47,703 bases of DNA, from the IMG/VR virus record IMGVR_UViG_3300005573_000132, positions 1-47,703 of that record; one strand, written 5' to 3'. This document shows, piece by piece, positions 1 through 9,319 of this stretch. The notes under the pieces are model-generated. The model was not told where the DNA came from and made no database searches. It was given only the letters and a program-made list of their open reading frames with translations. Both the position numbers and the translations under genes were made by a program. Position 1 is the first letter of the stretch, and each line of letters begins with the position of its first letter. Origin of the DNA: a virus (taxonomy: Duplodnaviria; Caudoviricetes).

Positions 1-2
1 AG

Positions 3-1955
3 ATCCTCCCATCCGGCCGCTTTCAGGATCGGGTACACGCGGTCTTTCAGCTGGTTCTCCAGGTGCTGCTTGAAGTTTTCTACCTGCTGTTGCCTGGCCG
101 CGACCGCCTTTCGGATCATCCAGTCGCGCATCTGGTCAGGCGTAACGATCTGCTTTCCAGTGTCGTCGTAGATCGGACCGGCGCCCGTCGTGGTCCTTGC
201 ATCCGCAAGCGCCTTGGTGTAAACTCCGCTGGCGAAGTCCTCCTGAATCCTGGCGATCTGCTGCGCCAGGTCACGGTCGGCCTGCGCCACCTTCCTGTCG
301 AAATCGGCCTGCGCGTTGTTCAGCACATTCAGGCCGAACTCCAATTGCCGCCACTTGTCCGGGCTGAGTGACCCGCCGACGAATGGCGCGATCTTGAATT
401 CTCCGGTGCGATTGTCAAACACGCCGTACCGCTGCACCCCGTTGGCGTCCGCCCATTCCTTCCACTGGTACCTCTCCGTCCCGGTGCCCGGCGGCAGTTG
501 GTCCTTGGGAAGCCATCGTTGCTGATGTGCTGGGAGCGGCTGCCAGCTGCTGGGATCGACCCACACGTTCCGCAGCGGATCAAATGACGCGTAGGCGTAC
601 TCATCCGGATTGCTCGGATTCATCACAACCGTGGGCGGCGGGAGCTTCAGCCCCATGGCTTCGTAGACAAAGGGCCGTTTGACCGGATCCGCAACCGCCC
701 GCTGAATGCTTTGCGGCAGCGAGCTCAGGACCGGCGGAGAGCCCGCGCGGGCCGCGACAGCAGGGGCTGCTCCAGTCGAAGCGAGAGCGATCGGCGGAGC
801 GGCCGGAGCCTGTGCAGTAGCGGCAGGCGCGGCTACGGTTGGCGGAGGCGGCACAGAGGCCAGGCTGGCTTCGGGAGACGTGGCCGCCATCAGCGCCTGG
901 ATGGCGCCGGAAGGAACCGCCGCCTGGGGAGGGCCGCTGGTCGCCACGGGAGCCGGAGGCGCCGACTGCGGAGAGGTTCGAGACGGGCTCGGACCTGCGG
1001 CAGCCGGTTGTGCTGCGCCTGCTGGCCATCCCTCGGCCTGCGTCTGCTGCTGCGCCTGCGGAGCTTGCTGCTCCTGGGGCGGGGCGACCACCGGAAGAGG
1101 AGCGGGCTGCCCGGCCGCAGCGGCGCTTCCTGCCGCCGGTTCGCCGCCGCGAAGTCCCTGCGCGATGTCCTTGAAGATCAGCCACTTCATCTCCTCCTGT
1201 GGGGTCATCCCCTGCGAGCGCAGCTGCACCAGATTGAACCAAGTCCCAACCTTGTCTGGAGCTTTCTGGGTGAGTCCAAGCTGCGCTGCGACCTCTGCGG
1301 CCTTCTGTGTCACCGCCTCCGGAGGAACGTATCCGCCAAACCTCTCCCGGAGCTGCTGAATCTCCTGGTTCAGTTGCTCGTCAGCCTTCTGAATCCAGTA
1401 GCTCTGCCTGCCTTGAGGGTTCAGATCCGGGTCAGTCCAGACCAACAGCTGCCCCGTCGCTTCGCGGAAGTTGACTGGCTCGCGCGTCGGAATCTCGCCG
1501 CCTGACAGTTGACTCAGAATTCCACGGATGGCGCCGCCGATGCCTTTGCGCGGCGTGTCCTTGAGCTCGCGGTTGGCATGTTGCGCCAACGTCATCATCA
1601 TCTGCGCCTCGGCCTGCTGCCGCGCCTCCGGGGTGAGATCAGGATCCTGGAGCCTCTGGGTCGCAGCGGCGACATAGGTCTCCATCGACCGCTGCGCGTC
1701 CTGCTCCTGCTCCAGGGACCTGGCCACCTTGGCCTGGCGCAGTCCCTTCAGGAATTCGAGGGCTACGGAGCCAACGGCTACGCCCGTGGGGGACCATCCT
1801 GGGTACGGCTGGCCGGCAACCGGCTCGATCAGATCCAGCGGGATGGCCACCGGAGGCTTGGGGGCAATCAGAGAGCCCAGCAGCCCCCCGCCTGCGGGCC
1901 TGCGGTCCTGCCCCGGAGGGGCGAATACATCAGCTAGCGTCTGCTGTTGCGCCAT
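3..1955 (-). CDS. Large internal virion/DNA-ejection protein, truncated by the window edge (absent from the ORF track)
   Basis: ATG at 1955 after GAGGTG. My hand translation MAQQQTLADVFAPPG...YPILKAAGWED stays open to position 3. Ala/Pro/Gln-rich. Sits where podovirus ejection genes lie. Confidence 0.7.
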   Translation of the reverse strand, partial: MAQQQTLADVFAPPGQDRRPAGGGLLGSLIAPKPPVAIPLDLIEPVAGQPYPGWSPTGVAVGSVALEFLKGLRQAKVARSLEQEQDAQRSMETYVAAATQRLQDPDLTPEARQQAEAQMMMTLAQHANRELKDTPRKGIGGAIRGILSQLSGGEIPTREPVNFREATGQLLVWTDPDLNPQGRQSYWIQKADEQLNQEIQQLRERFGGYVPPEAVTQKAAEVAAQLGLTQKAPDKVGTWFNLVQLRSQGMTPQEEMKWLIFKDIAQGLRGGEPAAGSAAAAGQPAPLPVVAPPQEQQAPQAQQQTQAEGWPAGAAQPAAAGPSPSRTSPQSAPPAPVATSGPPQAAVPSGAIQALMAATSPEASLASVPPPPTVAAPAATAQAPAAPPIALASTGAAPAVAARAGSPPVLSSLPQSIQRAVADPVKRPFVYEAMGLKLPPPTVVMNPSNPDEYAYASFDPLRNVWVDPSSWQPLPAHQQRWLPKDQLPPGTGTERYQWKEWADANGVQRYGVFDNRTGEFKIAPFVGGSLSPDKWRQLEFGLNVLNNAQADFDRKVAQADRDLAQQIARIQEDFASGVYTKALADARTTTGAGPIYDDTGKQIVTPDQMRDWMIRKAVAARQQQVENFKQHLENQLKDRVYPILKAAGWED

Positions 1956-1978
1956 TGTCCATCACCTCATCCCTGTCG

Positions 1979-2599
1979 CTACGCAAACCAGTTCAGCCCC
2001 GCTGCGGTCCTGCCCATGTCGCCCCAGAACTTCAGCTTGTTGGCCTGCCGCTGCGCCTCGGCCTGAGCCGCTTCGGCCTGCAACCTTCCGCTCCCGGCAA
2101 TCAGCGCAGCCGTGTTCCCGTAGCCAGCCTGAGCCAAGTTCAGGTAATTTTGCGCCAAGCCGCCGCCGGAGAGCGCTTGCCCCAGGTACGCTTGCTCGGC
2201 GCCTGCCAGCCCAGCCAGCGCCCGCTCCCGCGCTCCGGCCAGCTGCCCGGAGATCTGCGCCCGCGTCTGCCGGTCCAGCCACTCCCGAAGGAACGTGTCT
2301 CCGGAAGTCGAAGGCATCAGGTTCAACGCCTCCTTCTGCTGCTGGCTGCTCTGCCGGATCTGAGCAATCTCCGGGGCCGAGCCAGCGACCAGTTCTTGCA
2401 GACTCCCTCCGGCTCGCGCCATGGTCGGGCCGAACCAGCCTTCGTGGGCGATGTCCGCTAGGCCGGACATCTTTCCGCTCCACTTTGACCAGTCCTGCCA
2501 GGCAGCCCTGGCGTCATTGGCCGTGCCTGTGATGGGCAGCGTTGCCTGCTTGACCTCCGTCGCAGTCTGACGGATGGATTTGGTGTCTGGTCCCCCCAT
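1979..2599 (-). CDS. Putative DNA ejection/pilot protein (P22 gp7-like position)
   Basis: 206 aa, starts MGG, Ala/Gln/Gly-rich and helical, ends ...GDMGRTAAGLNWFA; directly follows the GNAT-like gene. Confidence 0.55.
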   Translation of the reverse strand: MGGPDTKSIRQTATEVKQATLPITGTANDARAAWQDWSKWSGKMSGLADIAHEGWFGPTMARAGGSLQELVAGSAPEIAQIRQSSQQQKEALNLMPSTSGDTFLREWLDRQTRAQISGQLAGARERALAGLAGAEQAYLGQALSGGGLAQNYLNLAQAGYGNTAALIAGSGRLQAEAAQAEAQRQANKLKFWGDMGRTAAGLNWFA

Positions 2600-2603
2600 C
2601 TAC

Positions 2604-3179
2604 CTACCTCTCCTGTTCACGTCCGAATCTCGGACGTCGCTTCAAAGATCTCCACCGGTCCTTGGTCAGGGCCATCATCCAGCTGTCGCACATGACGCCG
2701 CGCCAGGATTGATACAGCGGAAGAGGCCCAATCTGTTGAAAACCAACGAGTTTTGCGAAAATTACCGCCCTGCGGTGCGCTACCGGCACCTTGCCGTAGA
2801 GCACCTCCAGGCCCGGCTGCTCAAATGCCCAATCAAGCATTAGGCGGCTTGCTTCCAAGCACTTAGACAGGCGCCACCGCTCACGTTGCGCCGCTGGCAG
2901 GAAGGCCATGCCGCACATGCCTCGATGTCCATCGCGCTCCAGCCAGCCGATGCCCAATAGCGCGGAGCCGATCTCAGTCTCTTCGTATGCCCCTAACGTT
3001 ATGACTTTCTTGGAGATTCCGATAAAATCCAGGATTCCTATCTCGTCCCCAGGGAAGACCTCCTCCAGCAGATCCGCCTGCTTGAGCAGCAGGTAGGCCA
3101 GCGCCAGCGCATCTTCAGAGACGCCTACCTGGAGCGAGATCCTGGTTCCGGTTTGAGCAGCAATGGTGGCGGCCGTCAT
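2604..3179 (-). CDS. GNAT-fold (RimJ/RimL, DUF2824-like) virion-assembly protein
   Basis: LDWAFEQPGLEVLYGKVPVAHRRAVIFAKLVGFQQIG matches the RimJ/RimL C-terminal pattern; podoviruses carry such a gene just before the ejection genes. Confidence 0.6.
   Translation of the reverse strand: MTAATIAAQTGTRISLQVGVSEDALALAYLLLKQADLLEEVFPGDEIGILDFIGISKKVITLGAYEETEIGSALLGIGWLERDGHRGMCGMAFLPAAQRERWRLSKCLEASRLMLDWAFEQPGLEVLYGKVPVAHRRAVIFAKLVGFQQIGPLPLYQSWRGVMCDSWMMALTKDRWRSLKRRPRFGREQER
2619..2637. repeat. Palindrome copy 1: ACGTCCGA-ATC-TCGGACGT
   Basis: Perfect 8-bp inverted repeat with 3-nt spacer, 20 nt upstream of ATG 2599. Confidence 0.9.
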
Positions 3180-3211
3180 CTCAATAGCATCCTAACCCAT
3201 TGAAAACGTAA

Positions 3212-3430
3212 ACGATAGTGGAAAATTATTTGACATCCTCCCCGGCCTGAAGGCCGGAGATTCCTACCACGCTACGCAGGGATTACTCCATGCGTAGTCG
3301 TCTCGGTGGGTTCCTGCTTCCGACCGCCAGTGCGGTTCGATTCACAGGCCATCCGGGCTGACACGGGCAGACAGCCTGCCCGCATCCCGACCGAAGCGTC
3401 GGTCGTGTCCGTCCCTTCGTCTCGCAACAT
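3212..3430 (-). ncRNA. Predicted TnpB omega/reRNA (right-end scaffold plus flanking guide ATAATTTTCCACTATCG...)
   Basis: Several hairpins overlap the tnpB 3' end and IS right end, as established for TnpB reRNAs. The 5' boundary is a guess. Confidence 0.55.
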
Positions 3431-4561
3431 TCGCATCCCGCGAGAGAGGATATTGATCGCGCCAATCACATCGGCGTTTTCGTCGAAGCCACATTCCACG
3501 CACTCGAACTTGGCTTGCGTCTGGCGGTTGTCCGCCGAGATATGGCCGCAGCACGGGCAGGTGCGGCTCGTGTTCTGCGGTGGCACGGCAATGAGATAGC
3601 CACCGTTCCATACCAACTTGTACTCCAGTTGCCGGCGGAACTCGAACCAGCCTTGATCGAGGATGGATTTGTTCAGGCCGGACTTGGCCCGAACGTTTCT
3701 TCCCGGCGCATCTGCCGTGCCTGGCGCCGACTTGGACATACTGCGCACCTGCAAGTCCTCGATACACACCATCGCGTGGTTTTGGCTGATCGCGGTCGAA
3801 ATCTTATGCAGGTAGTCGCGGCGGGCGTTGGCGATCCGGGAATGGATACGCTGGACGCGGGCTTTCGCCTTCTTCCAGTTGTTGCTGAACTTTTGCTTGC
3901 GGCTCATGGCCCGCTGCGCTTTGCGCAGCCGATCCTCGTGCCGCTTGAAACTGTTGAGAGGAGCGTAGAACGTGCCGTCCGAGAGCGTAACGAAGCGGGC
4001 AATACCCATGTCGATGCCGACCGCGCCACCCTGGGGGATGGGCTGCTCAACTTCTCGCTCGGTCTGAATGGAAACGAACCACTTGCCGCAGGACTGGCTC
4101 ACGGTAACGTTCTTCACCGTACCTAGCACCACCCGGCTGAAGCGGACACGCAGCCAGCCGAGCTTGGGCAGAAACAAGCGGCCGTTGGCTTGGTCGAGCT
4201 TTATCTGCTTCGGGTCGGGATAACGGAAGCTGTCCGACCGACACTTCTTCTTGAAGCAAGGGAAGTCGGCACGTTTGGCGAAGAAGTTGCTGTAGGCGCG
4301 CTCCAAGTCTTTGAGCGTCTGTTGCAGCGGGTGAATCGGTGCATCAGCCAGCCAGGCCATTTCCGCGCTATTGCGCCACTCGGTAAGCAGCTTGCACAGC
4401 CCGGCATAGCCGAGCTTCTTCTCGCCACGCTCGTAGCGCTCCTTCTGCAACGCCAATGCCTTGTTGTAGACGAACCGGCACGAGCCAGCGAAACGGCGCA
4501 TTTGCCGCGCCTGCTGGCCGTTGGGCATGAGTTCGAATTTGAAGGCCTGGAGCCGCTGCAT
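3272..4561 (-). CDS. tnpB: RNA-guided endonuclease TnpB
   Basis: N-terminal HTH (AFKFELMP...FAGSCRFVYN); RuvC D (GIDMG), E (IEDL) and D (NADVIGAINI); zinc finger CPCCG...CVECG. Confidence 0.95.
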   Translation of the reverse strand: MQRLQAFKFELMPNGQQARQMRRFAGSCRFVYNKALALQKERYERGEKKLGYAGLCKLLTEWRNSAEMAWLADAPIHPLQQTLKDLERAYSNFFAKRADFPCFKKKCRSDSFRYPDPKQIKLDQANGRLFLPKLGWLRVRFSRVVLGTVKNVTVSQSCGKWFVSIQTEREVEQPIPQGGAVGIDMGIARFVTLSDGTFYAPLNSFKRHEDRLRKAQRAMSRKQKFSNNWKKAKARVQRIHSRIANARRDYLHKISTAISQNHAMVCIEDLQVRSMSKSAPGTADAPGRNVRAKSGLNKSILDQGWFEFRRQLEYKLVWNGGYLIAVPPQNTSRTCPCCGHISADNRQTQAKFECVECGFDENADVIGAINILSRGMRMLRDEGTDTTDASVGMRAGCLPVSARMACESNRTGGRKQEPTETTTHGVIPA

Positions 4562-4584
4562 TGGCTCAATTATACTATTGGTCT

Positions 4585-4998
4585 ATGGGCGATGACAACG
4601 ATATTCGACATGGACGGCACTGTGTTTTCAAGATGCACGTCCATTTGGTCTTTGTGGCGAAATACCGTCGCGACGTGTTCGATGGCGACGCCATCAACTG
4701 GCTGAGAACGATCTTCGCCAAGGTCTGCGCTGGCTTCGAGGCGCAACTGATTGAGATGGACGGCGAGGACGATCATGTCCACCTCTTGGTGGAGTACCCG
4801 CCCAAGGTTGCCGTCTCCAATCTTGTGAACAGCCTCAAAGGCGTGTCCAGCCGTCTGCTGCGTAAGGAGCGGCCCGACATCCAAAGGCGCTATTGGAAAG
4901 GCGTGCTGTGGTCTCCGTCTTACTTCGCCTCATCCTGCGGTGGTGCGCCGATTTCTATCGTGCGCCAGTACATCAAGCAGCAGCAGACATCACACTGA
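4585..4998 (+). CDS. tnpA: Y1 HUH transposase TnpA
   Basis: HLVFVAKYRR, HUH motif DHVHLL, LKGVSSR, LWSPSYF, catalytic Tyr in YIKQQ; ATG at 4585. Confidence 0.95.
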   Translation: MGDDNDIRHGRHCVFKMHVHLVFVAKYRRDVFDGDAINWLRTIFAKVCAGFEAQLIEMDGEDDHVHLLVEYPPKVAVSNLVNSLKGVSSRLLRKERPDIQRRYWKGVLWSPSYFASSCGGAPISIVRQYIKQQQTSH

Positions 4999-5074
4999 GA
5001 CAAAACCAGAGGACGGCTACGCCGTCCGCGCTATCCTTCCCCGCCCTGAACGGCGGGGCTTGCCGCGCACCGGG

Positions 5075-5731
5075 TCAGACCCTCCACCAGCTGGCGGCGG
5101 ATGCGGTGGGCACATCTTGCTGGCGCACGGAGACTTTGATGCGGCGCACGTCCGTGGCCCCAGAGGCGGTCGTAATTCGGCAGGCCAGCAGCAGATCCGT
5201 GCCATCAGCTACGCCCGGAACGGAGATCATGGCGCTGGCGGTCCAGTTGTCGTTTTGCGTGGAGCCGATCACGATTCCCGCCTCCCCGGACCACTCGGCG
5301 CTGGCGATGGTGTCGGAGCCCAGCCAGTTGGACCAGTCCAGCCCTACCTGGTAGCTGTCCCGGGGGTTCAACACGGCCACATAGAAGCACTCCAGCGGCA
5401 CTGGCTTGCCAGGCGCCGGCAGGTCTTCGGGCTCCCTGGGGTCGCAAGGGCCGGGCGGCCCAGGAGCACGCGGGAAACTGCGGGCCAACAGCAGTGAGCG
5501 CTCGATGGCCACGTCGTGAATGATAGGCGGCCCAAACGCCACCTCGACACAGACCTCGGTGATCTGGATGTAGTTACAAGGGTCAACCGCGACTTCGCCG
5601 GTGACCTCGGTGACCTGGACGTAGTTCTGCGGGAGTACGGCGACCTCTAAGTTCACTTCCGTGATCTGGACGATGCCCGGCAGCGCCGTCCCGATCTCCA
5701 CCCAGGCTTGGTACACCAGAGGGTCGTTCAC
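5075..5731 (-). CDS. Virion protein: three N-terminal Q[IV]TEV.xEVA repeats plus a C-terminal fibre-adaptor-like domain
   Basis: QITEVNLEVAV / QVTEVTGEVAV / QITEVCVEVAF; LDWSNWLGSDTIASAEW...RITTASGATDVRRI is shared with 8342-8662 and 8664-9137. Confidence 0.6.
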   Translation of the reverse strand: MNDPLVYQAWVEIGTALPGIVQITEVNLEVAVLPQNYVQVTEVTGEVAVDPCNYIQITEVCVEVAFGPPIIHDVAIERSLLLARSFPRAPGPPGPCDPREPEDLPAPGKPVPLECFYVAVLNPRDSYQVGLDWSNWLGSDTIASAEWSGEAGIVIGSTQNDNWTASAMISVPGVADGTDLLLACRITTASGATDVRRIKVSVRQQDVPTASAASWWRV

Positions 5732-6810
5732 AGCACGCGCTTGGCTCCTACCTGCATGGTATTCACGTCTTCAATGGTCCAGTCCTGGCCGGTAACGGGG
5801 TTCTTCCGGAAGGGCTCCACCCGGTCGTACCAGCTGCCCCAGCTGGGGTAGATCGTTATTGGCGAGTCATAGTACTGCCCGGAGATTTTGTACCGCGGGC
5901 TGAAAGCAGCGGTGCCGGCCTCGGTCTTGCAGTTGACGAAGTTGGCCTGCACGCCGCGAATCGGACCGAGCGGGTTAATGTCCTCCATGTTCACGAGGAA
6001 CGATTTTCCGATGTCGGTCGAGTATGCCCGGACGTAGCTGTCATTAAGCGTGTTGCCTTTATTTCCCATCCCTGCCCACTCGAAGTCCTCATTGCGCACG
6101 GCCTGCCATCCGGAGGAGGCGCCCACCACGCCCCACTGCATCTCGTCGCCTGGACCGCTGGGCCGGATGCGGTAGATGCGCACGTCCCCGAGAAATTCTC
6201 CGTCCGTCACGTAGAGGTCGTCGACGTAACCACCTGCCGGGCTGGTGATCTGAGCCCATCCGTTCTCCCCAGGGAAAAAGAGACCACCGCCCGTCTTCGT
6301 ATAACCGCTCAAGGTAGTGTCGATGAGAAGCTCCTCGTTTACCCTCAGTTTGGCGTCCACCATCGCCGTTTCGCTATTAAGGCCAACTACGGAATAAAGT
6401 CTGGCCCAGACCTCTATGAAATACCATTCGCCAGCCGTGACCACCGGCGGAGTTGACGGAGTAGTGGTGTCAATACCTGCGCTGGAGAATTTCAGAAACA
6501 GCCTTCCCTCCTCCGTTACATTAACAGTGAGTGATGCACCGATACCCCAGAAGCCGTTCATGCATCTGGTATTTCCAACCCCAAAACCGCTACAGCCAGG
6601 AATATAACCGCCCGGCTTGATGGCAGCACCAACAGCTATGGTGCTTCTGACCGTTGGAGCGATCCTCCAGCTGTAAGTTTCGCTAAAATTTAAGTTGCGG
6701 CAGTAACCGGTCCGCCCGGGAATCTTGTAGTACCAATCGAGCCCGGTGGCACTATTCCACTTCAGCGTCGATACGATGTGGTCAAAGGTATCCAAGAACA
6801 GCAATGCCAT
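5728..6810 (-). CDS. Virion/receptor-binding protein (lectin-like beta-sandwich), paralog A
   Basis: MALLFLDTFDH...GEWYFIEV...DDLYVTDGEFLGDVRI...NPVTGQDW...MQVGAKRVL; collinear with 6810-7763. Confidence 0.6.
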   Translation of the reverse strand: MALLFLDTFDHIVSTLKWNSATGLDWYYKIPGRTGYCRNLNFSETYSWRIAPTVRSTIAVGAAIKPGGYIPGCSGFGVGNTRCMNGFWGIGASLTVNVTEEGRLFLKFSSAGIDTTTPSTPPVVTAGEWYFIEVWARLYSVVGLNSETAMVDAKLRVNEELLIDTTLSGYTKTGGGLFFPGENGWAQITSPAGGYVDDLYVTDGEFLGDVRIYRIRPSGPGDEMQWGVVGASSGWQAVRNEDFEWAGMGNKGNTLNDSYVRAYSTDIGKSFLVNMEDINPLGPIRGVQANFVNCKTEAGTAAFSPRYKISGQYYDSPITIYPSWGSWYDRVEPFRKNPVTGQDWTIEDVNTMQVGAKRVL

Positions 6811-7763
6811 CAGACTGCCCTCCTAGCACCGATTTGCATCTCGTTGACCTCCCATGCCCCGAACGGGTAGCCGGTCGCCGGATTGAGCGCCAAGTCCCAG
6901 TCGTAGGTCGCCCAGTTCTGATCAAGGTCAATCGGCGGACCTTCGCATACCTCGCCTGAGGCCAGCACCGCGGGGACGATCTTCGATGTCTCCCCCATCC
7001 GGGCGCTTGCCACCAGCCGCAGCTTAACCCCGCGGATTTCCGCGTTAAACGGCACGTCCGGAAGCGTCCACAGGTCCAAGTCCTCAAGGTTTTCCGCGTA
7101 GGCGTAGTCCTGCGTGTTCAGAGTTTCATCGTCCACCATCTGGTACGTCGGGGATGAGCCGTCCGACGGCAGCCATTGGCTGGAAGAGCCGGAGCCGTCC
7201 GGGCGCAGGATCGCTTGCCGCATGTCGCCGAGGAAGTTCACCCCTCCATAGGCGTACACGTCGTCGTGCGTCCCCCAAATCAGCGCGCAACCGAAGCCCA
7301 TGGGCCACGTCCCGCCACGGAGGATGGTGCCTGTGTAGACGTGCTCTCCGTTGATCCGAACCTCTCCGGACATGCCGCCCATGCCGAAGTTGGTCGCACG
7401 GAATTCCACGTAGTACCATTCTCCAGATGTAAGCAAGGCGTCGCTCGGTTCTGAGGAAAGGGTTCCGTCGGTTACGTACAGCCTGCCTTCATCCGTCGCT
7501 GACACCGCGAGTTGCAGTGACCAGAAGAGCGGAGGGCTTGTTGGGAACCCGACCGTTATAAGGTTGCCCATCTGACATCGGATCGCCGCGCCCACCACGT
7601 ACACCGTAGAAACAGGCAGGTATTTCGCCGTCCAGTCGTTCACGGCGTTCCCGCCTGCGCGGCCACTAACAATGCCTATGGTGCCTGGCCACAGGTCCCA
7701 CCGCTGGGCAAGATCGTCCTTGGTGTTGTAGGCGTCGAAGGAGTCCATGAACAGCCAGCTCAT
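6810..7763 (-). CDS. Virion/receptor-binding protein, paralog B
   Basis: MSWLFMDSFDAY...GEWYYVEF...DDVYAYGGVNFLGDMRQ...NPATGYPF...MQIGARRAV. Confidence 0.6.
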   Translation of the reverse strand: MSWLFMDSFDAYNTKDDLAQRWDLWPGTIGIVSGRAGGNAVNDWTAKYLPVSTVYVVGAAIRCQMGNLITVGFPTSPPLFWSLQLAVSATDEGRLYVTDGTLSSEPSDALLTSGEWYYVEFRATNFGMGGMSGEVRINGEHVYTGTILRGGTWPMGFGCALIWGTHDDVYAYGGVNFLGDMRQAILRPDGSGSSSQWLPSDGSSPTYQMVDDETLNTQDYAYAENLEDLDLWTLPDVPFNAEIRGVKLRLVASARMGETSKIVPAVLASGEVCEGPPIDLDQNWATYDWDLALNPATGYPFGAWEVNEMQIGARRAV

Positions 7764-7766
7764 CCC

Positions 7767-8342
7767 TTAAGCCCTCTCGAATGTCAGCCGGTAAGTAAAG
7801 CGCACCCAATGGCCGCTCACCACCGGCACCGGATCAATCAGCGCCCGGTCCCACAGCGGGCCGCCGCTGGCGCTTGGGAACAGCCCCCACTCCGTAACCG
7901 TGTAGGTGTCCGCGAACATCACCACGCCCGTGGTTACATACGAGATCCCGGCCTCCACTTGCTGCGTGCCTTCGCCTCGCGCCACCGGCAGCGGGAGCTC
8001 CAGATCCACGTCTGCCGCGCTTTCTGGAGCCGTTCCGGCGCCGGCGGCATGCCAGCGATAGGACTCAATAGGGGTGGCCGAAATCCCGGCGAATGCCGCC
8101 GCCAGGTTGTTGATCCCCGCCGCCGAAATGATCCCGACCAGGCCGCAGAGCGCCTTGGGGCCAAGCGCCATCCAGCCGCCCAGCGCCGCCGCCCCGGCCA
8201 GAATCAGCCCCGGCCAATCGCCGCACCGGCCGGTCCGCTTCTCGCGCGCGCCCAGGTCGTAAAAAGCGGTGGAGATGGTCAGCCCAGAGCTGTCTCCGTG
8301 CTCCACCGTCAGGCTGCGATTGAACTTGATCCGCATCCGCAT
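7767..8342 (-). CDS. Tail-associated protein (fibre N-terminal/baseplate-like)
   Basis: ATG 8342 coupled (TGATG) to the upstream stop; GTAPESAADVDLE...VTEWGLF...LWDRAL pattern resembles tail-fibre N-termini. Confidence 0.5.
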   Translation of the reverse strand: MRMRIKFNRSLTVEHGDSSGLTISTAFYDLGAREKRTGRCGDWPGLILAGAAALGGWMALGPKALCGLVGIISAAGINNLAAAFAGISATPIESYRWHAAGAGTAPESAADVDLELPLPVARGEGTQQVEAGISYVTTGVVMFADTYTVTEWGLFPSASGGPLWDRALIDPVPVVSGHWVRFTYRLTFERA

Positions 8343-8662
8343 CAGTCCAGAGCCTCTCCTCTCCATCCTACCTGCTCGGGGTCGTAGGAGGCCAGAGATA
8401 GAACCACGATCCTCACCCGGCGCACGTCGATGTTGCCCGCCGAGGTGGTGATCCGGTTCTTGACCTCGTACAACCCGCCGTTGACGCCGCCGGACACCGT
8501 GACCCAAGTCAGCCCGGAGCCATATCCGGGCGAGGATAAACCTAGCCCGATGTTCTCCCAGTTGGAGCTGATGATGCTCTGCCCGTTGAGCCACGGCCGC
8601 CAGTCAATGCGCAGCAACAGTTGGTCGCTTGGATGCTTGTGGAACCGGGCCAGGCAATCCAT
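8342..8662 (-). CDS. Phage fibre-tail adaptor-like protein
   Basis: KHPSDQLLLRIDWRPWL...IISSNW...VSGG...NRITTSAGNIDVRR. Confidence 0.6.
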   Translation of the reverse strand: MDCLARFHKHPSDQLLLRIDWRPWLNGQSIISSNWENIGLGLSSPGYGSGLTWVTVSGGVNGGLYEVKNRITTSAGNIDVRRVRIVVLSLASYDPEQVGWRGEALD

Positions 8663-8663
8663 G

Positions 8664-9137
8664 CTACGTCCTTTCGATCATCACCAGAAAACCGCGCGTG
8701 TAGCGCCTGCCGAGACTGGTTTGGATCGAGTTCTCGACCAGGTAGATCTGCCCCAGCGTCCCGCCGCCCAGCCTGACCGTGCAAACCGCGCCGTTGATCT
8801 GCCCGCCGGTGGCTGACAGTCCTGAGGCGGACCAGCCCGAGCTGGTGATCGTCTCCTCGGCTTCCAGCAGCTCCGACCAGTCCACCGAGTAGGGCTTGTA
8901 GGCTTCCGGGTCTTTGACGAACGTCCGCAGCTCCACTATCGCGCTGGGCATGGCGATAATCCTCCTGTCCTCATAATTGACCACCGGGTCGTTCTGCCTG
9001 CGGATGATCAACGTCCGATCCTCGGATCCAACGACGAACTGAGACTGCACGTGGGCCGATGGCGGCGCCTCGGCCACGCGCCCGCCCAGCCATCCTCCAT
9101 ACTCCGCGCCGCCGTACCCGGCTGATCCGTAGCTCAC
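8664..9137 (-). CDS. Phage fibre-tail adaptor-like protein (alternative start ATG 8951 with GGAGG)
   Basis: FVKDPEAYKPYSVDWSELL...TITSSGW...LGGG...NSIQTSLGRRYTR; GTG 9137 overlaps the upstream TGA. Confidence 0.6.
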   Translation of the reverse strand: MSYGSAGYGGAEYGGWLGGRVAEAPPSAHVQSQFVVGSEDRTLIIRRQNDPVVNYEDRRIIAMPSAIVELRTFVKDPEAYKPYSVDWSELLEAEETITSSGWSASGLSATGGQINGAVCTVRLGGGTLGQIYLVENSIQTSLGRRYTRGFLVMIERT

Positions 9138-9319
9138 GGCGTGCACCACCCCGCTCCGGCGTGAGCGCCCAATGCCGGCCAGTTCCGAACCGCCTCCGAG
9201 CCCGCGCCCGCTTCAGCGCCCAATTGCGGGACGCCGTCCATCCACCAGCGCTCGCTGCCGTCGATCTCGATCAACTCCAGCGGCTTGCCGTCCTGCCAGT
9301 ACTTCCGCGTGTCGCCCAT
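9134..9319 (-). CDS. Small hypothetical protein
   Basis: Starts immediately after the spike stop; repeated [YW]W.DG.P motif. Confidence 0.55.
   Translation of the reverse strand: MGDTRKYWQDGKPLELIEIDGSERWWMDGVPQLGAEAGAGSEAVRNWPALGAHAGAGWCTP

Larger units (their letters stand above)
3230..5073 (-). mobile_element. IS200/IS605-family element with divergent tnpA and tnpB, apparently intact
   Basis: Minus-strand left end: TGAC|CCGGTG...CAAG-CCCCGCC-GTTCAG-GGCGGGG hairpin. Right end: GAAT-CTCCGGCC-TTCA-GGCCGGGG...GATGTCAA|. Guide/cleavage pairs CAAG/TGAC and GAAT/TCAA follow IS608 pairing rules. Confidence 0.9.

Noticed and set aside
5728-7763. Diversity-generating retroelement acting on the paralogous receptor genes
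   Set aside because: No reverse transcriptase and no near-identical TR/VR pair differing at adenines seen in this window
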